From Bdellovibrionales bacterium (lineage in GTDB: Bacteria; Bdellovibrionota; Bdellovibrionia; Bdellovibrionales; UBA1609), in the NCBI GenBank assembly GCA_041690295.1, contig JAWLHR010000016.1:1-64000 (forward strand): DNA of 64,000 nt, given 5' to 3'. Of this stretch, positions 9,508 to 19,867 are shown one piece after another. Within the stretch, counting starts at the first letter, position 1. The number at the start of each line of letters is the position of its first letter. Position numbers and translations under genes: made by a program. The notes beneath the pieces were generated by a model. It was not told the DNA's origin, did no database searches, and was given only the letters and a program-made list of their open reading frames with translations.

Positions 9508-12231
9508 TCAGATCTTCAGCTTTTTCTTTTTCGCTTTCTTTTCCATTTGGCGCCGCTGTTCGCGGTTCAACCTTGGCCCTTCATCCATATCCTGAGGACC
9601 GTAATTCATCGTCATCTGGCCTTGCGGAGGTCGGGCCAAAGGCAGACCGCCGCCGACAGGACCCGCGCCACTTGGTGCACGTCCAGCGAACGCCGCGGGA
9701 TTTTCCTCGGCGCCGGCGTAGCTGAGTGATGATTCATCGAATTCCTGGTGGGCGCTGGCGATCACTTCACGCGCGCGCTCCTGGGAAACCAGCTTAATCT
9801 TGAGCAGCTTTTCGATCGTCTCTTCCTGGATCCACATGTTCATTTCCTGGAAGGCGTTGAAAGCTTCTTTTTTGTACTCGATCAAGGGATCCTTCTGCGC
9901 GTGCGCGCGCAAGTGGATCCCTTCTTTCAAATGATCGATGCGCTCGAGATGTTCTTTCCAGCGATGATCAATCGTTTGCAACATCAACATGCGCGCGAGT
10001 TGTTCAAAGAACCCGCCGATCTCGGCTTTTTGCGCGTCGTAGATCGCCTTCACGCCGGTTCTCACCATCTCGGTGATCTGCTCGATCGATTTCTGACGAA
10101 TTTCATCGATCGGAAGATTCAATCCGAATTGGCGCTGAACGGCCGCCACCAAGCCTTCAAGGTTCCAGCTCTCCGGTTTGGAATTTTCCGGAACAAAGGT
10201 GTCGAGGATTCCGGAAGTGACATCGCTGAGCATATCCAGAACTTTGCGCTCGATATCCTCGCCCGCCAGAATCTGCCGGCGAAGCGTGTAGATATTCGTG
10301 CGCTGTTGGTTCATCACATCGTCATATTCAATCAGATGCTTCCGGATATCGAAGTTATGTCCTTCGACCCGTTTTTGCGCGTTTTCAATGGCATTGGAGA
10401 CCATCCGGTGGATGATGGGCTCATCATCAGGAACGCGCAAGGTGGTCATGATTTTCTGGATGCGCTCTCCATTGAAAATCCTCATCAGATTGTCTTCGAG
10501 CGAGAGGTAAAAACGTGATTCTCCCGGGTCACCTTGGCGGCCCGCACGACCACGGAGCTGGTTATCGATCCGGCGGGATTCGTGCCGTTCAGTACCCATG
10601 ATGTAAAGACCGCCGGCTTCGAGCACTTCCTGTTTTTCACGGTTACAAAGCTCACGGTATTTTTCGATCAACTCATTCACGCGCTCTTCCGGCGCATCCG
10701 GTCCGGCTTCCGTCCGGGCCAAAAATTCCGGGTTTCCACCGAGCAAGATGTCGGTTCCCCGGCCGGCCATATTGGTGGCGATCGTCACCGCGCCCTTACG
10801 ACCCGCCTGCGCCACGATTTCGGCCTCGCGTTCATGGTGTTTGGCGTTCAAAACGTTATGGGTGATGCCTTCGTTTTTCAGGATGCGCGAAAGCCTTTCG
10901 GATTTTTCAATGCTGATGGTACCCACCAGAACAGGCTGGCCTTTTTTATTGCGTTCTTTAATATCGGCCGCCATGGCTTTGTATTTGGCCGTCTCGGTTT
11001 TGTAGACCACGTCGTCGTGGTCAATCCGGTTCACCTTCTTATTGGTGGGAATCACCTGAACATCGAGGTTATAGATCTTCTTAAATTCCGTGGCTTCGGT
11101 TTCCGCCGTACCGGTCATACCCGCCATTTTGCGGTACATACGGAAATAATTCTGGAACGTGATCGTGGCCAAGGTTTGGTTTTCACTGCGGACCTTGACC
11201 TTTTCTTTGGCCTCGATCGCCTGGTGAAGGCCATCGCTCCATCGCCGTCCCGGCATCAAGCGTCCGGTGAACTCGTCGACGATCACCACTTCCCCGTCTT
11301 TGATCATGTAATCGACGTCGCGTTTATAAAGGTGGTGGGCCTTTAGCGCCTGATAGATGTGGTGAAGCAAGTCGATGTTTTGCGGATCGTAGAGGTTGTC
11401 TAATTTCAACAGCTCTTCGACTTTCGCGTTACCTTCCTCGGTAAGGCTCGCCGTTTTGCTTTTTTCCTCCATCGTGAAGTGCACATCGAGTTTGAGATGG
11501 GGAATGATCCGGTCGACCAGCTGATACTTTTCCGTGGATTCATCTTTGGGACCGGAAATGATCAAAGGCGTACGCGCCTCATCGATCAAAATGGAGTCAC
11601 ATTCGTCGATGATGGCGTAATTCAACTCCCGTTGAACGTAATCATCGAGGTCGAATTTCATATTGTCGCGAAGATAATCAAACCCGAACTCATTATTGGT
11701 TCCATAGGTGATATCGGCGGCGTAAGCGACTTTGCGTTCGGCATCGCTCAGTTCGTGAACGATGGTTCCGGTGGACATTCCCAGCCAGTTATAAAGACGT
11801 CCCATCCATTCGGTGTCCCGTTTGGCCAGGTAGTCGTTCACCGTGACCACGTGAACACCGCGCCCCTCGAGCGCGTTCAGATAACAAGGCAAGGTCGCGA
11901 CCAGGGTTTTACCTTCACCGGTTTTCATCTCGGCGATGGCTCCGCGGTGGAGCGTGTAACCCCCGATGAGCTGAACATCATAGTGGCGCATGCCCAAGAC
12001 CCGTTTTGAGGCTTCACGGCAAACCGCAAAGGCCTCGGGTAGAAGGTCATCCAGGCTCTCGCCATTCGCGATGCGTTGCTTAAATTCCGGTGTTTTTGCC
12101 TTCAATTCGGCGTCACTTAAGGCCTGCATCTTGGGTTCGAGCGAGTTGATATGCTCGATCAAGGGCCTCAGTTTTTTCATGTCACGTTCGTGTTTGGATC
12201 CGAACAATGAGGTTAGGACACGTTGAATCAT
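9508..12231 (-). CDS. secA: Preprotein translocase ATPase SecA
   Basis: [43 protein letters not shown]. Confidence 0.98.
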   Translation of the reverse strand: MIQRVLTSLFGSKHERDMKKLRPLIEHINSLEPKMQALSDAELKAKTPEFKQRIANGESLDDLLPEAFAVCREASKRVLGMRHYDVQLIGGYTLHRGAIAEMKTGEGKTLVATLPCYLNALEGRGVHVVTVNDYLAKRDTEWMGRLYNWLGMSTGTIVHELSDAERKVAYAADITYGTNNEFGFDYLRDNMKFDLDDYVQRELNYAIIDECDSILIDEARTPLIISGPKDESTEKYQLVDRIIPHLKLDVHFTMEEKSKTASLTEEGNAKVEELLKLDNLYDPQNIDLLHHIYQALKAHHLYKRDVDYMIKDGEVVIVDEFTGRLMPGRRWSDGLHQAIEAKEKVKVRSENQTLATITFQNYFRMYRKMAGMTGTAETEATEFKKIYNLDVQVIPTNKKVNRIDHDDVVYKTETAKYKAMAADIKERNKKGQPVLVGTISIEKSERLSRILKNEGITHNVLNAKHHEREAEIVAQAGRKGAVTIATNMAGRGTDILLGGNPEFLARTEAGPDAPEERVNELIEKYRELCNREKQEVLEAGGLYIMGTERHESRRIDNQLRGRAGRQGDPGESRFYLSLEDNLMRIFNGERIQKIMTTLRVPDDEPIIHRMVSNAIENAQKRVEGHNFDIRKHLIEYDDVMNQQRTNIYTLRRQILAGEDIERKVLDMLSDVTSGILDTFVPENSKPESWNLEGLVAAVQRQFGLNLPIDEIRQKSIEQITEMVRTGVKAIYDAQKAEIGGFFEQLARMLMLQTIDHRWKEHLERIDHLKEGIHLRAHAQKDPLIEYKKEAFNAFQEMNMWIQEETIEKLLKIKLVSQERAREVIASAHQEFDESSLSYAGAEENPAAFAGRAPSGAGPVGGGLPLARPPQGQMTMNYGPQDMDEGPRLNREQRRQMEKKAKKKKLKI

Positions 12232-12259
12232 AAACTCCTAAGATAGTCCTACTTGCCGG

Positions 12260-12736
12260 TTAATGTCTAGAACTAGAGATCTGACGGAAACCTTCAAATA
12301 AAACGACCGCCACTCCCGTGGCCACATTTAAACTCCGTATGGGACCGATCATCGGGATGCGTCGGGATTGCTCCGCATACTCTTCCAGTATCCAGGGATC
12401 AAGTCCTTTTGTTTCCTTACCGAAAATCAACCAGTCCCCGCGCTCGAACCGGGTCTCATAAAGTGAAGCTTTTGCTTTAGTGCTGAAGAAAAAAACACGG
12501 CGGGGATCTTTGACTTCATTCCACCAGTCGTCCCATGTGGGATGGTGAACGAAGTCCAGGTACTGCCAATAATCAAGACCCGCGCGGCGCAATTGTTTAT
12601 CGGTTATCGAAAAACCTAATTTGCCCACCAAATGCAACTTGGCGCCGAGACCCACACAGGTCCGCCCGATGTTGCCGGTATTGGCACCGATTTCGGGTTC
12701 AATTAGTACAACATGAAACAGGGGTGATTGACTCAC
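12260..12736 (-). CDS. trmL: tRNA (cytidine/uridine(34)-2'-O)-methyltransferase
   Basis: PEIGANTGNIGRTC, RRAGLDYW, FGKETKGL, RSLN (SPOUT); GTG 12736 is the likely start. Confidence 0.92.
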   Translation of the reverse strand: MSQSPLFHVVLIEPEIGANTGNIGRTCVGLGAKLHLVGKLGFSITDKQLRRAGLDYWQYLDFVHHPTWDDWWNEVKDPRRVFFFSTKAKASLYETRFERGDWLIFGKETKGLDPWILEEYAEQSRRIPMIGPIRSLNVATGVAVVLFEGFRQISSSRH

Positions 12737-12807
12737 GCTTGGCTCATAGCATCCTTGACGTCCACGCCGCAACTGGGGTTTAAGATTAGGAACAGGCTCA
12801 CAATTGA

Positions 12808-13146
<339 letters not shown>

Positions 13147-13173
13147 AAACCAAAACCCAAGGAGACTTAACCC

Positions 13174-14589
13174 ATGAAACCTGAAGACGTCATAGCCTAT
13201 GCGCGCGAGCGCGGGGTCAAAATGGTGGACCTCAAATTCATTGATATGCCGGGGATGTGGCAGCATTTCGCCATTCCCCTCTCCGAGTTAAAGCCCTCGG
13301 TTTTCGAAGACGGCTTGAATTTCGACGGCAGTTCCATTCGCGGTTGGCGCGCGATCCAGGAATCGGACATGACGGTTTTGCCGGACCCTAAAACGGCGAA
13401 AATAGATCCTTTCATGGAAGTCCCGACACTCTCATTGCTTTGTGATGTGGTCCACCCTGACACGCATGAACCCTATGAGCGTGACCCCCGGCAAATCGCC
13501 AAGAAGGCGATCGCTTACCTCCGCTCCACCGGGATCGCCGATACGGCCTATTTTGGACCTGAAGCTGAGTTCTTTATTTTTGATAACGTTCGTTATGATC
13601 AAACGCCCTACGCCGGCTTTTACCAAGTCGATTCGGATGAAGCGATCTGGAATTCCGGCCGCGATGAGAACGGTCGCAACCTCGGCTACAAACCTCGCTT
13701 GAAAGAAGGTTATTTTCCGGCTCTTCCGTCAGACACTCTTCACGACCTGCGCACCGAAATCTGCCTTGAGATGGAAAAACTCGGGATAGAGGTTGAACGC
13801 CAGCACCACGAAGTGGCCACCGCCGGTCAGGGTGAGATCAATTTCCGTTTCGACACCATGGTGGAAGTCGCCGACAAACTGATGTGGTTCAAGTACATCG
13901 TGAAGAACGTGGCCCGACGCCACGGCAAAACCGCCACGTTCATGCCGAAGCCCATCTTCGGCGACAACGGTTCCGGAATGCATACGCATATGTCCTTGTG
14001 GAAGAACGGCGAACCGCTCTTCGCCGGAGATCGTTATGCGGGATTGAGCGAAACCGCGCTTTACTTCATCGGCGGTATTCTCAAGCACGCGCCCGCCATC
14101 TGCGCGCTCACCAATCCGTCGACGAACTCCTACAAGCGCCTGGTGCCCGGATTTGAAGCGCCGATTCGATTGGCCTATTCCTATCGCAACCGCTCGGCGG
14201 CGATGCGGATTCCCAATACCGGCTCGAGTCCCAAGGCCAAACGCATCGAGTTCCGCACTCCGGATCCGAGCGCCAATCCCTATCTCGCCTTCTCGGCCAT
14301 GTTGATGGCGGGCCTCGATGGGGTCATGAACAGAATTCATCCGGGCGACCCGCTGGACAAAGACATCTACGGTCTGCCGCCGGAAGAGGCGCAAAAAGTT
14401 CGCTCGGTGCCGAGATCGTTGGATGAGGCGCTGGCGAATTTACGTGAGAACAACGAGTTCTTACTGCGCGGGGATGTCTTCACGGAGGATTTATTATCCA
14501 CTTGGCTGGACTATAAGTACGAAAGGGAAATTATCCCGTTGCAACAACGTCCATCTCCGTACGAATTCTACTTGTATTACGACCTGTAA
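13174..14589 (+). CDS. glnA: Glutamine synthetase type I
   Basis: [30 protein letters not shown], adenylylation-site Tyr in DKDIY. Confidence 0.98.
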   Translation: MKPEDVIAYARERGVKMVDLKFIDMPGMWQHFAIPLSELKPSVFEDGLNFDGSSIRGWRAIQESDMTVLPDPKTAKIDPFMEVPTLSLLCDVVHPDTHEPYERDPRQIAKKAIAYLRSTGIADTAYFGPEAEFFIFDNVRYDQTPYAGFYQVDSDEAIWNSGRDENGRNLGYKPRLKEGYFPALPSDTLHDLRTEICLEMEKLGIEVERQHHEVATAGQGEINFRFDTMVEVADKLMWFKYIVKNVARRHGKTATFMPKPIFGDNGSGMHTHMSLWKNGEPLFAGDRYAGLSETALYFIGGILKHAPAICALTNPSTNSYKRLVPGFEAPIRLAYSYRNRSAAMRIPNTGSSPKAKRIEFRTPDPSANPYLAFSAMLMAGLDGVMNRIHPGDPLDKDIYGLPPEEAQKVRSVPRSLDEALANLRENNEFLLRGDVFTEDLLSTWLDYKYEREIIPLQQRPSPYEFYLYYDL

Positions 14590-14600
14590 GATTTTATTCC

Positions 14601-14625
14601 GGTGCGCGCCTTAGGGGCGCGCACC
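14601..14625. terminator. GC-rich hairpin after glnA (possible terminator or mRNA-stabilising stem)
   Basis: GGTGCGCGCC-TTAGG-GGCGCGCACC perfect 10-bp stem; no clear U-tract. Confidence 0.45.
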
Positions 14626-14673
14626 CTAACCGCGAAAGATCCCATAACGGTCATTATTATCAAGGGGGCCTGA

Positions 14674-14814
14674 ATGAGATTTATCGTATTGTTGGCTTTG
14701 ATTTGGGGACCAGCCAGCGCTTGGTCCATTTACAGCCTGCAACCTTATCGCAAGCCCGGCTTTTATAACCCGGTGCCCCCTTGGCTCTCACAGCGAATCG
14801 TCCGGACTTGTTAA
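14674..14814 (+). CDS. Small ORF (46 aa) with signal peptide
   Basis: AAGGGGG before ATG; MRFIVLLALIWGPASA|WSIYSLQPYRKPGFYNPVPPWLSQRIVRTC; below the ORF-track length cutoff. Confidence 0.45.
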   Translation: MRFIVLLALIWGPASAWSIYSLQPYRKPGFYNPVPPWLSQRIVRTC

Positions 14815-14862
14815 CTTAACACCTTTGACTTTTAAATAACCCATAAAGTAGCTTCCCATGGC

Positions 14863-15225
14863 ATGAAAGACCTTATTCCGTACATGGGCTACCAATGGTT
14901 AATGATTGATGATGGTGTTTTGACCATCGGCATCAGCGACCAAGGTCTGGAAGAGTTCACTGAAATTTCGGCGGCGAATCTTCCCGCCGAGAACGAGGAA
15001 GTCGCACCTGATGAAGTCTGTGGCGAACTCGACACCGACCAAGGTCCCATGAACATCTATTGCCCCATTGAAGGCAACGTGATCGAAATCAACGAAGCCG
15101 TCATCGAGAATCCGTCGTTGATCATGGAAGACTGCACGGGCGATGGCTGGTTGTTCAAAGTCGAACCGAAAAACAGCTCGGATCTCGACGAATTGGCCTC
15201 GGCCACCACTAACGACGAAGACTAA
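14863..15225 (+). CDS. Glycine cleavage H-protein-like protein lacking the lipoyl lysine
   Basis: W..IGISD, IYCPIEGNVIEINE, GDGWLFKV match GcvH; the ESVK site reads DTDQ. Confidence 0.85.
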   Translation: MKDLIPYMGYQWLMIDDGVLTIGISDQGLEEFTEISAANLPAENEEVAPDEVCGELDTDQGPMNIYCPIEGNVIEINEAVIENPSLIMEDCTGDGWLFKVEPKNSSDLDELASATTNDED

Positions 15226-15333
15226 GACGGCGGCGGGGTAACCGGCTTCAGGCATCCCAAGCCACGATAGCTATGCCGTCTCCCATGTGCGGGACGAGGG
15301 CGCGCGCCTGGCCTGAAAGCTTCCAATCTATTT

Positions 15334-15953
15334 CTAGTTTAGGCTCATCCTTAACCACCCATCACGAGCGAGCCATGATCTGGGTTTACAAAGGTAATCA
15401 GGCAATTCGGAAGGTCCCGCTCGAATTTCCCTCAGAAGTGGTCCCGTTCGGCATCCAAAAAGGGTTCTCCACTGCCTAAAAAACGGAGCCGAGGAATATT
15501 GATCGACATGCGTGAGGAGATTTGCATGCCTCGCGAAGTTCTGAAGCACATAAGCCAGCACGTTTCGCATCTGAGTGGGACTTTTAATCACACTGAGGTG
15601 ATAGCGACCTTGAAAGACAGGACCTTTACCGCCGGCCATTCTTCGAATCGCTTTGCCCATCCGCGATCCAAAGCTCCGCATCCCTCACGTAAAATGGCGT
15701 AATGAAGGACTCGCAAACCAAACTTTTTTGCTCCACACGCGCTCAATTTAAAATCGTCGCTGATTTTGCGACAGCGCAAATTCCAATTCTTGTGACTTAA
15801 TTTCAACGTCAGATGGAGTGGCTTTTTGAAATCCACTCTGGCGCGCTTCATATGGTTTACCTGCCCGGTCAGATTCTTTCTTCCAGCACCGCGACGCTTT
15901 CCGCCCCAGCCGGTGATCTTTTTGAATTGGAGTTGAGTGGATTTCCTCTTCAC
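15334..15953 (-). pseudogene. REP-associated tyrosine transposase (RAYT / Y1 HUH), frameshifted
   Basis: 5' part (WGGKRRGAGRK, PLHLTLKL, GLRVLHYAI) and 3' part (GPVFQGRYH, LAYVLQN, YSSAPFF, WLARDGW) lie in different frames; no NHxH motif at the junction near 15685. Confidence 0.75.
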
Positions 15954-16076
15954 TGTCTTCTCTCTAGTCGAAAATGTCTATGGGTGGCGAAGAGTTGGAA
16001 GATCGATGCCAAGGATTCATTAAAATATAAAATCGGCACAAAAAATATTAAATGAACACAAATCATCGGGAAACAC

Positions 16077-17447
16077 TTAAATCACCGCCAGTTTCGCGCA
16101 ACCGCGCCAGAAGGCCTCGTATTCGGGAAAGGTTTTGAGAAAATCCGTTCCGCGGCGACGGTCGTATTCGGTGAACATCTTATAGAAGTCGCGCTTCAGA
16201 ATGATTTTTTCCAGCCAATTGAAACTGCTGTTTTCAATGAGCTTTCGGATCCGCGCCACGCGCTGGATTTCAGTGTCGTAGAACCCCACGCGACCGCTTT
16301 GGGCGCGGTTATCACTCATGTATTCAATCACGTCGTCGATGAATTTTGTGAACTCCATCGGCAGCAGTTCCACGCTCATATGCCGTGGGTGACGTAAGTA
16401 GGGCGTATCAAGTCCGATGTGATGTTGGGGAAACGATCGCCGCAGTTCCAGAATATAGGCCATCAGGTCACGCAGGCCTGGCAAACAGAGGTTGTTTACG
16501 GTGATCATGAAACTCAAAGTCAGGCGGCCTTCGCTATTTTCGAGAATGGCGCGGATATTTTCGCGAAAGCGGGCAAAATCCAGTCCGAACCGGATGTACT
16601 CGGCCTGCGGTCCCACGGAATCCAGGCTGGTGTAAAGGGTCACGCTCGCCACCGACTTCTGTAAGGCTTTAATTCTCGAATTCAGTAAATCCATTTGCCC
16701 TGAGTTCAACCCCATGTTGGTGTTGATGGCGAAAGCCAGATGTGGTCGCGGCCGGGCGATCAACTCGTCAATCAAGCGGAAGGTCTCGGGCGAAAGAAGT
16801 GGCTCGCCACCGGTCACGCGCAAATGCCGCAACTGCGGGGCCAGATCCGGCCACCACTTCCAAAACGTGTTCACGTATTTTTCCCTTTCACTCGCGGGAA
16901 GCGGAAGCGCCTTTTGCCGGGCGAGAATGCGAAGCGAGTTGAATCCGGTGGAAGTGGGATAATGACCGAATTCTTCAATTTCCTTTAACCATTTGGACGA
17001 ATAAGCGGGACTGCAATACATGCATTTGAACTGGCAATGCGAATCGAAGGAAAGCTCGACATAGCTGGGGTAGGTGCGCCGACCCTCTTTTTCTTGAACC
17101 GCCTGTTCCAAACTCGGCCATGCCCATTCCTCGGAGCTTTTATAAATGCGGTCACTGATCTCGCCCCGCTTTTCAATTCTCCAGCAGTAATTGCATTCGA
17201 AAATCTTTTTGCCCGCGAGCAGCCGCCGGCGAGCCTTTTGCTTTTTCTTGGTGTTATGAAGCCGAAACGGATCGTCTAAAGTTTTCGGGTCGATCTTGTG
17301 GCTTTTGACATGGTGGCAGCTTTGCGTGTTGCCATTATGCAAATGAAGCGTGACCTGCTTCCATTTGGCGAGGCAAAAACTGGGTGAGATCGAATTGAGT
17401 TTGGCGCGGTTCTCGATCAATTGATCGATCGCGCTTTTATTCGCCAT
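16077..17447 (-). CDS. Radical SAM protein with N-terminal twitch/SPASM-like Cys domain
   Basis: CQFKCMYC, TGGEPLL; N-terminal FCLAKW...SCHH...CNYCW. Confidence 0.88.
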   Translation of the reverse strand: MANKSAIDQLIENRAKLNSISPSFCLAKWKQVTLHLHNGNTQSCHHVKSHKIDPKTLDDPFRLHNTKKKQKARRRLLAGKKIFECNYCWRIEKRGEISDRIYKSSEEWAWPSLEQAVQEKEGRRTYPSYVELSFDSHCQFKCMYCSPAYSSKWLKEIEEFGHYPTSTGFNSLRILARQKALPLPASEREKYVNTFWKWWPDLAPQLRHLRVTGGEPLLSPETFRLIDELIARPRPHLAFAINTNMGLNSGQMDLLNSRIKALQKSVASVTLYTSLDSVGPQAEYIRFGLDFARFRENIRAILENSEGRLTLSFMITVNNLCLPGLRDLMAYILELRRSFPQHHIGLDTPYLRHPRHMSVELLPMEFTKFIDDVIEYMSDNRAQSGRVGFYDTEIQRVARIRKLIENSSFNWLEKIILKRDFYKMFTEYDRRRGTDFLKTFPEYEAFWRGCAKLAVI

Positions 17448-18133
17448 TCAATTCCTCCTACTGCCACTCCCAACATATGAATCAAAAGCCATGGTTTTTC
17501 CGAAAAACTCGAACTCCATAATGTATGGGGCGCCCTTGTCTTCAAAGGGTTTTTTTCACGCGCGGCGCGGCCCTGGCGCCGGGCCCGCTGAAAAAACTCC
17601 GCGCTTGTTGTTTGCGAATCATGTTCAGGACAAAATCCCGGGCAGAATTCAATTCTCCCAACGCATTTCTGCCAGCGCTCCGCGAACCGCTCTTCTTCGC
17701 CGCCGTAATCCGTGATTCCCTTGAATAAATCGTCATCATGAGGCGCGCGCCAAAGCGCAAAGGCGCCACCTAAAAATCGACGGCTCGGCGCGCTCAGAAC
17801 CCAGGTCCGGCAAAGATGATTGTAAGCCCTTCCGGACGCATTAAGACCCGAAGGATTTGAGTAAGCGCCGCTGATGAGCAGGCTTCCCTGCCGGCTGCGC
17901 GTGAATTCCAACAACGCTTCGTAATCGGATGAACGCATTGTCACGTCTTCATCCAAGAAGACCACCAATTCGGCCTTCGATCGTTGAAATCCCGCACCCC
18001 GCTTTTCCATGGGCGCAAGCCGGGGATCAGTGACTAAAATCACCCGCCCTCTCGCATCGAATTTACGCAATAGTCTCTGGTGAGAATCGATCGGAATGGG
18101 TTTCCTGGCGATGATCACCAAATCGACCGTCAT
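17417..18133 (-). CDS. Divergent family 2 glycosyltransferase
   Basis: VVFLDEDV DxD motif, GGAFA, GEEE; between a GT2 and the radical SAM gene. Confidence 0.6.
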   Translation of the reverse strand: MTVDLVIIARKPIPIDSHQRLLRKFDARGRVILVTDPRLAPMEKRGAGFQRSKAELVVFLDEDVTMRSSDYEALLEFTRSRQGSLLISGAYSNPSGLNASGRAYNHLCRTWVLSAPSRRFLGGAFALWRAPHDDDLFKGITDYGGEEERFAERWQKCVGRIEFCPGFCPEHDSQTTSAEFFQRARRQGRAAREKNPLKTRAPHTLWSSSFSEKPWLLIHMLGVAVGGIEWRIKARSIN

Positions 18134-18134
18134 A

Positions 18135-18824
18135 TCAACGCGCCAACATCCGCCACACGACTCGGAAAAAAATAAATCCGTCTTTCAAGGCGTTCAGTTT
18201 GGACTCACCGACCCGCTGCGTGTATCGGATCGGCGTCTGACCGATCGACCATCTTTTCTTTAAGGTCCAGATCGTGAATGAAAAACCGAAATCAAATTTC
18301 TTCTCGCCGAGTTGAAGCACTTCGGGCAAACGTTCCCGCCGGAACACGCGAAAACCGGTGGCGATATCATCCACACCGGCGCCGAACAAGGCGCGCACCA
18401 ATTTCGAAAAACAAAAATTACCAAGGGCTCTGATCAAAGGCATGCCGGACTGACCCCAAAACGGGCGAACACCATAAACAATGTCGAAGCGGCCCCGCTC
18501 CGCCAGAACCAAGCAGGATTCCAAATCGCGCGGGTCATAGGTGGAGTCCATATCGAAAAACGCGATATGTTCGCCTCTGGCTTTTTTGAATCCGCTTTTT
18601 AATGCGGCCCCATAACCCATCGTCTTTTCATGTCTGATGATCTCCACCCAAGGGAAAGCCGCCAGCTTCTGTACGGTTTGATCACTGGACCCATCGTCAA
18701 CGGCTATGACTTGCAAATCGAGATTCGGCCGAAAACGCAATTCATTGAGTCGCGACAAAACGAAAGCCACCGAGTCTTCCTCGTTGTAGCAAGGAATGAC
18801 GACCGACAAAGACGAGCGTTCCAT
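18135..18824 (-). CDS. Family 2 glycosyltransferase (polyprenol-phosphate mannose synthase-like)
   Basis: SVVIPCYNEE, VDDGSSD, GYGAALKSG, FDMD, RVGESKL. Confidence 0.92.
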   Translation of the reverse strand: MERSSLSVVIPCYNEEDSVAFVLSRLNELRFRPNLDLQVIAVDDGSSDQTVQKLAAFPWVEIIRHEKTMGYGAALKSGFKKARGEHIAFFDMDSTYDPRDLESCLVLAERGRFDIVYGVRPFWGQSGMPLIRALGNFCFSKLVRALFGAGVDDIATGFRVFRRERLPEVLQLGEKKFDFGFSFTIWTLKKRWSIGQTPIRYTQRVGESKLNALKDGFIFFRVVWRMLAR

Positions 18825-18844
18825 TCAACTCCCCCTCCAGCGAA

Positions 18845-19867
18845 TTGCAGGTGACTAACCCTTCCACTCTTGAATATGGTCTAAACGTGAGCCACAAAAC
18901 AGCATTGGCCGTAGGCGTTATAATCCACAATGAAAAGCACCGGCTCGGCCGATGTCTCTCCAGTCTTAAAGTTCAAGCCATAAATAAAATCATTATCGTG
19001 GATAACTGCTCCAGTGACGGTTCAGCGGACGAGGCGGAGCGTATTCTCGCGCGATTCAATGTTCGATTTGAAGTTATCCGGAGAAACACCAATCACGTGG
19101 CCCAAGCGCGAAACGAGGCTTTGATGTCGGCGGAGACCGAATGGTTGGCCTTTATCGATGCGGATTGCGAGGTTCCAGAGAATTGGTCGCGGGAATGGCT
19201 GGAAGTTTTGAATTCTCTCGATCGTCCGGTCGCCGCGATCGGCGGTGGGAATCAGCCACCTGAAAAACATCCGTTCCGTCGCGGCTGGGAGATTTTGAAC
19301 CGGCAAAAAATTCTGCACACGGGGTCCATTCAGGTCCAAAGCGACCCCCGAAGCCGCCGACTGATTCCGGTCAATCATGTGAGCACGACGCATGCGGTTT
19401 ATCATATCCCCACGATCCTGAAGGCCGGTGGCTTTAACGAACACCGTTATCGAACCGGCGAAGATTTGGAACTGAGCCTTAGGCTTCGCAAAATGGGGCA
19501 CAAACTCTACCGGGCGCCCGTGACGCCGGTTTGCCACCACCTTCCGGAATCGATGAGCGAATGGCTTCGCAAGTGTTTTCGCTATGGCACCGATCAATGG
19601 CCGCTGCTTTGGAAAAACGGCCTTCGCTCGGACGGCCGGCGAGCCTTCACCCTGGCTCTGGCCAATGTTTTTATCATTCTCGCCTTATGGAAACCGCTGA
19701 TTCTGATTCCGGCGTTGCTCGCTCAGGCCGCGCTTTTGATGATTTCCGCGCATCCCCGCAACTGGTCGGGACTCACATGGGCCATGAGCACCCAGTGGAT
19801 TTATGCGGCCGGGAGTTTTTTCTCATTCTTTCTCGGGCTTCGTTTCCTTTTCGCTGGGAAGCGCTGA
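18845..19867 (+). CDS. Family 2 glycosyltransferase with C-terminal TM helices
   Basis: VDNCSSDGS, ARN, FIDAD, GGF, GEDLEL; start may be GTG 18887. Confidence 0.88.
   Translation: MQVTNPSTLEYGLNVSHKTALAVGVIIHNEKHRLGRCLSSLKVQAINKIIIVDNCSSDGSADEAERILARFNVRFEVIRRNTNHVAQARNEALMSAETEWLAFIDADCEVPENWSREWLEVLNSLDRPVAAIGGGNQPPEKHPFRRGWEILNRQKILHTGSIQVQSDPRSRRLIPVNHVSTTHAVYHIPTILKAGGFNEHRYRTGEDLELSLRLRKMGHKLYRAPVTPVCHHLPESMSEWLRKCFRYGTDQWPLLWKNGLRSDGRRAFTLALANVFIILALWKPLILIPALLAQAALLMISAHPRNWSGLTWAMSTQWIYAAGSFFSFFLGLRFLFAGKR

Noticed and set aside
9547..12226. Long plus-strand ORFs opposite secA (256, 270, 176 aa), and similar ones opposite ctaD, spoVR, prkA, mreB and the sigma54 activator
   Set aside because: Antisense shadows of well-conserved, codon-biased genes; no motifs or SD of their own
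15588..15700. Programmed ribosomal frameshift joining the two transposase halves
   Set aside because: No slippery sequence, and the HUH segment is absent in both frames, so a deletion fits better
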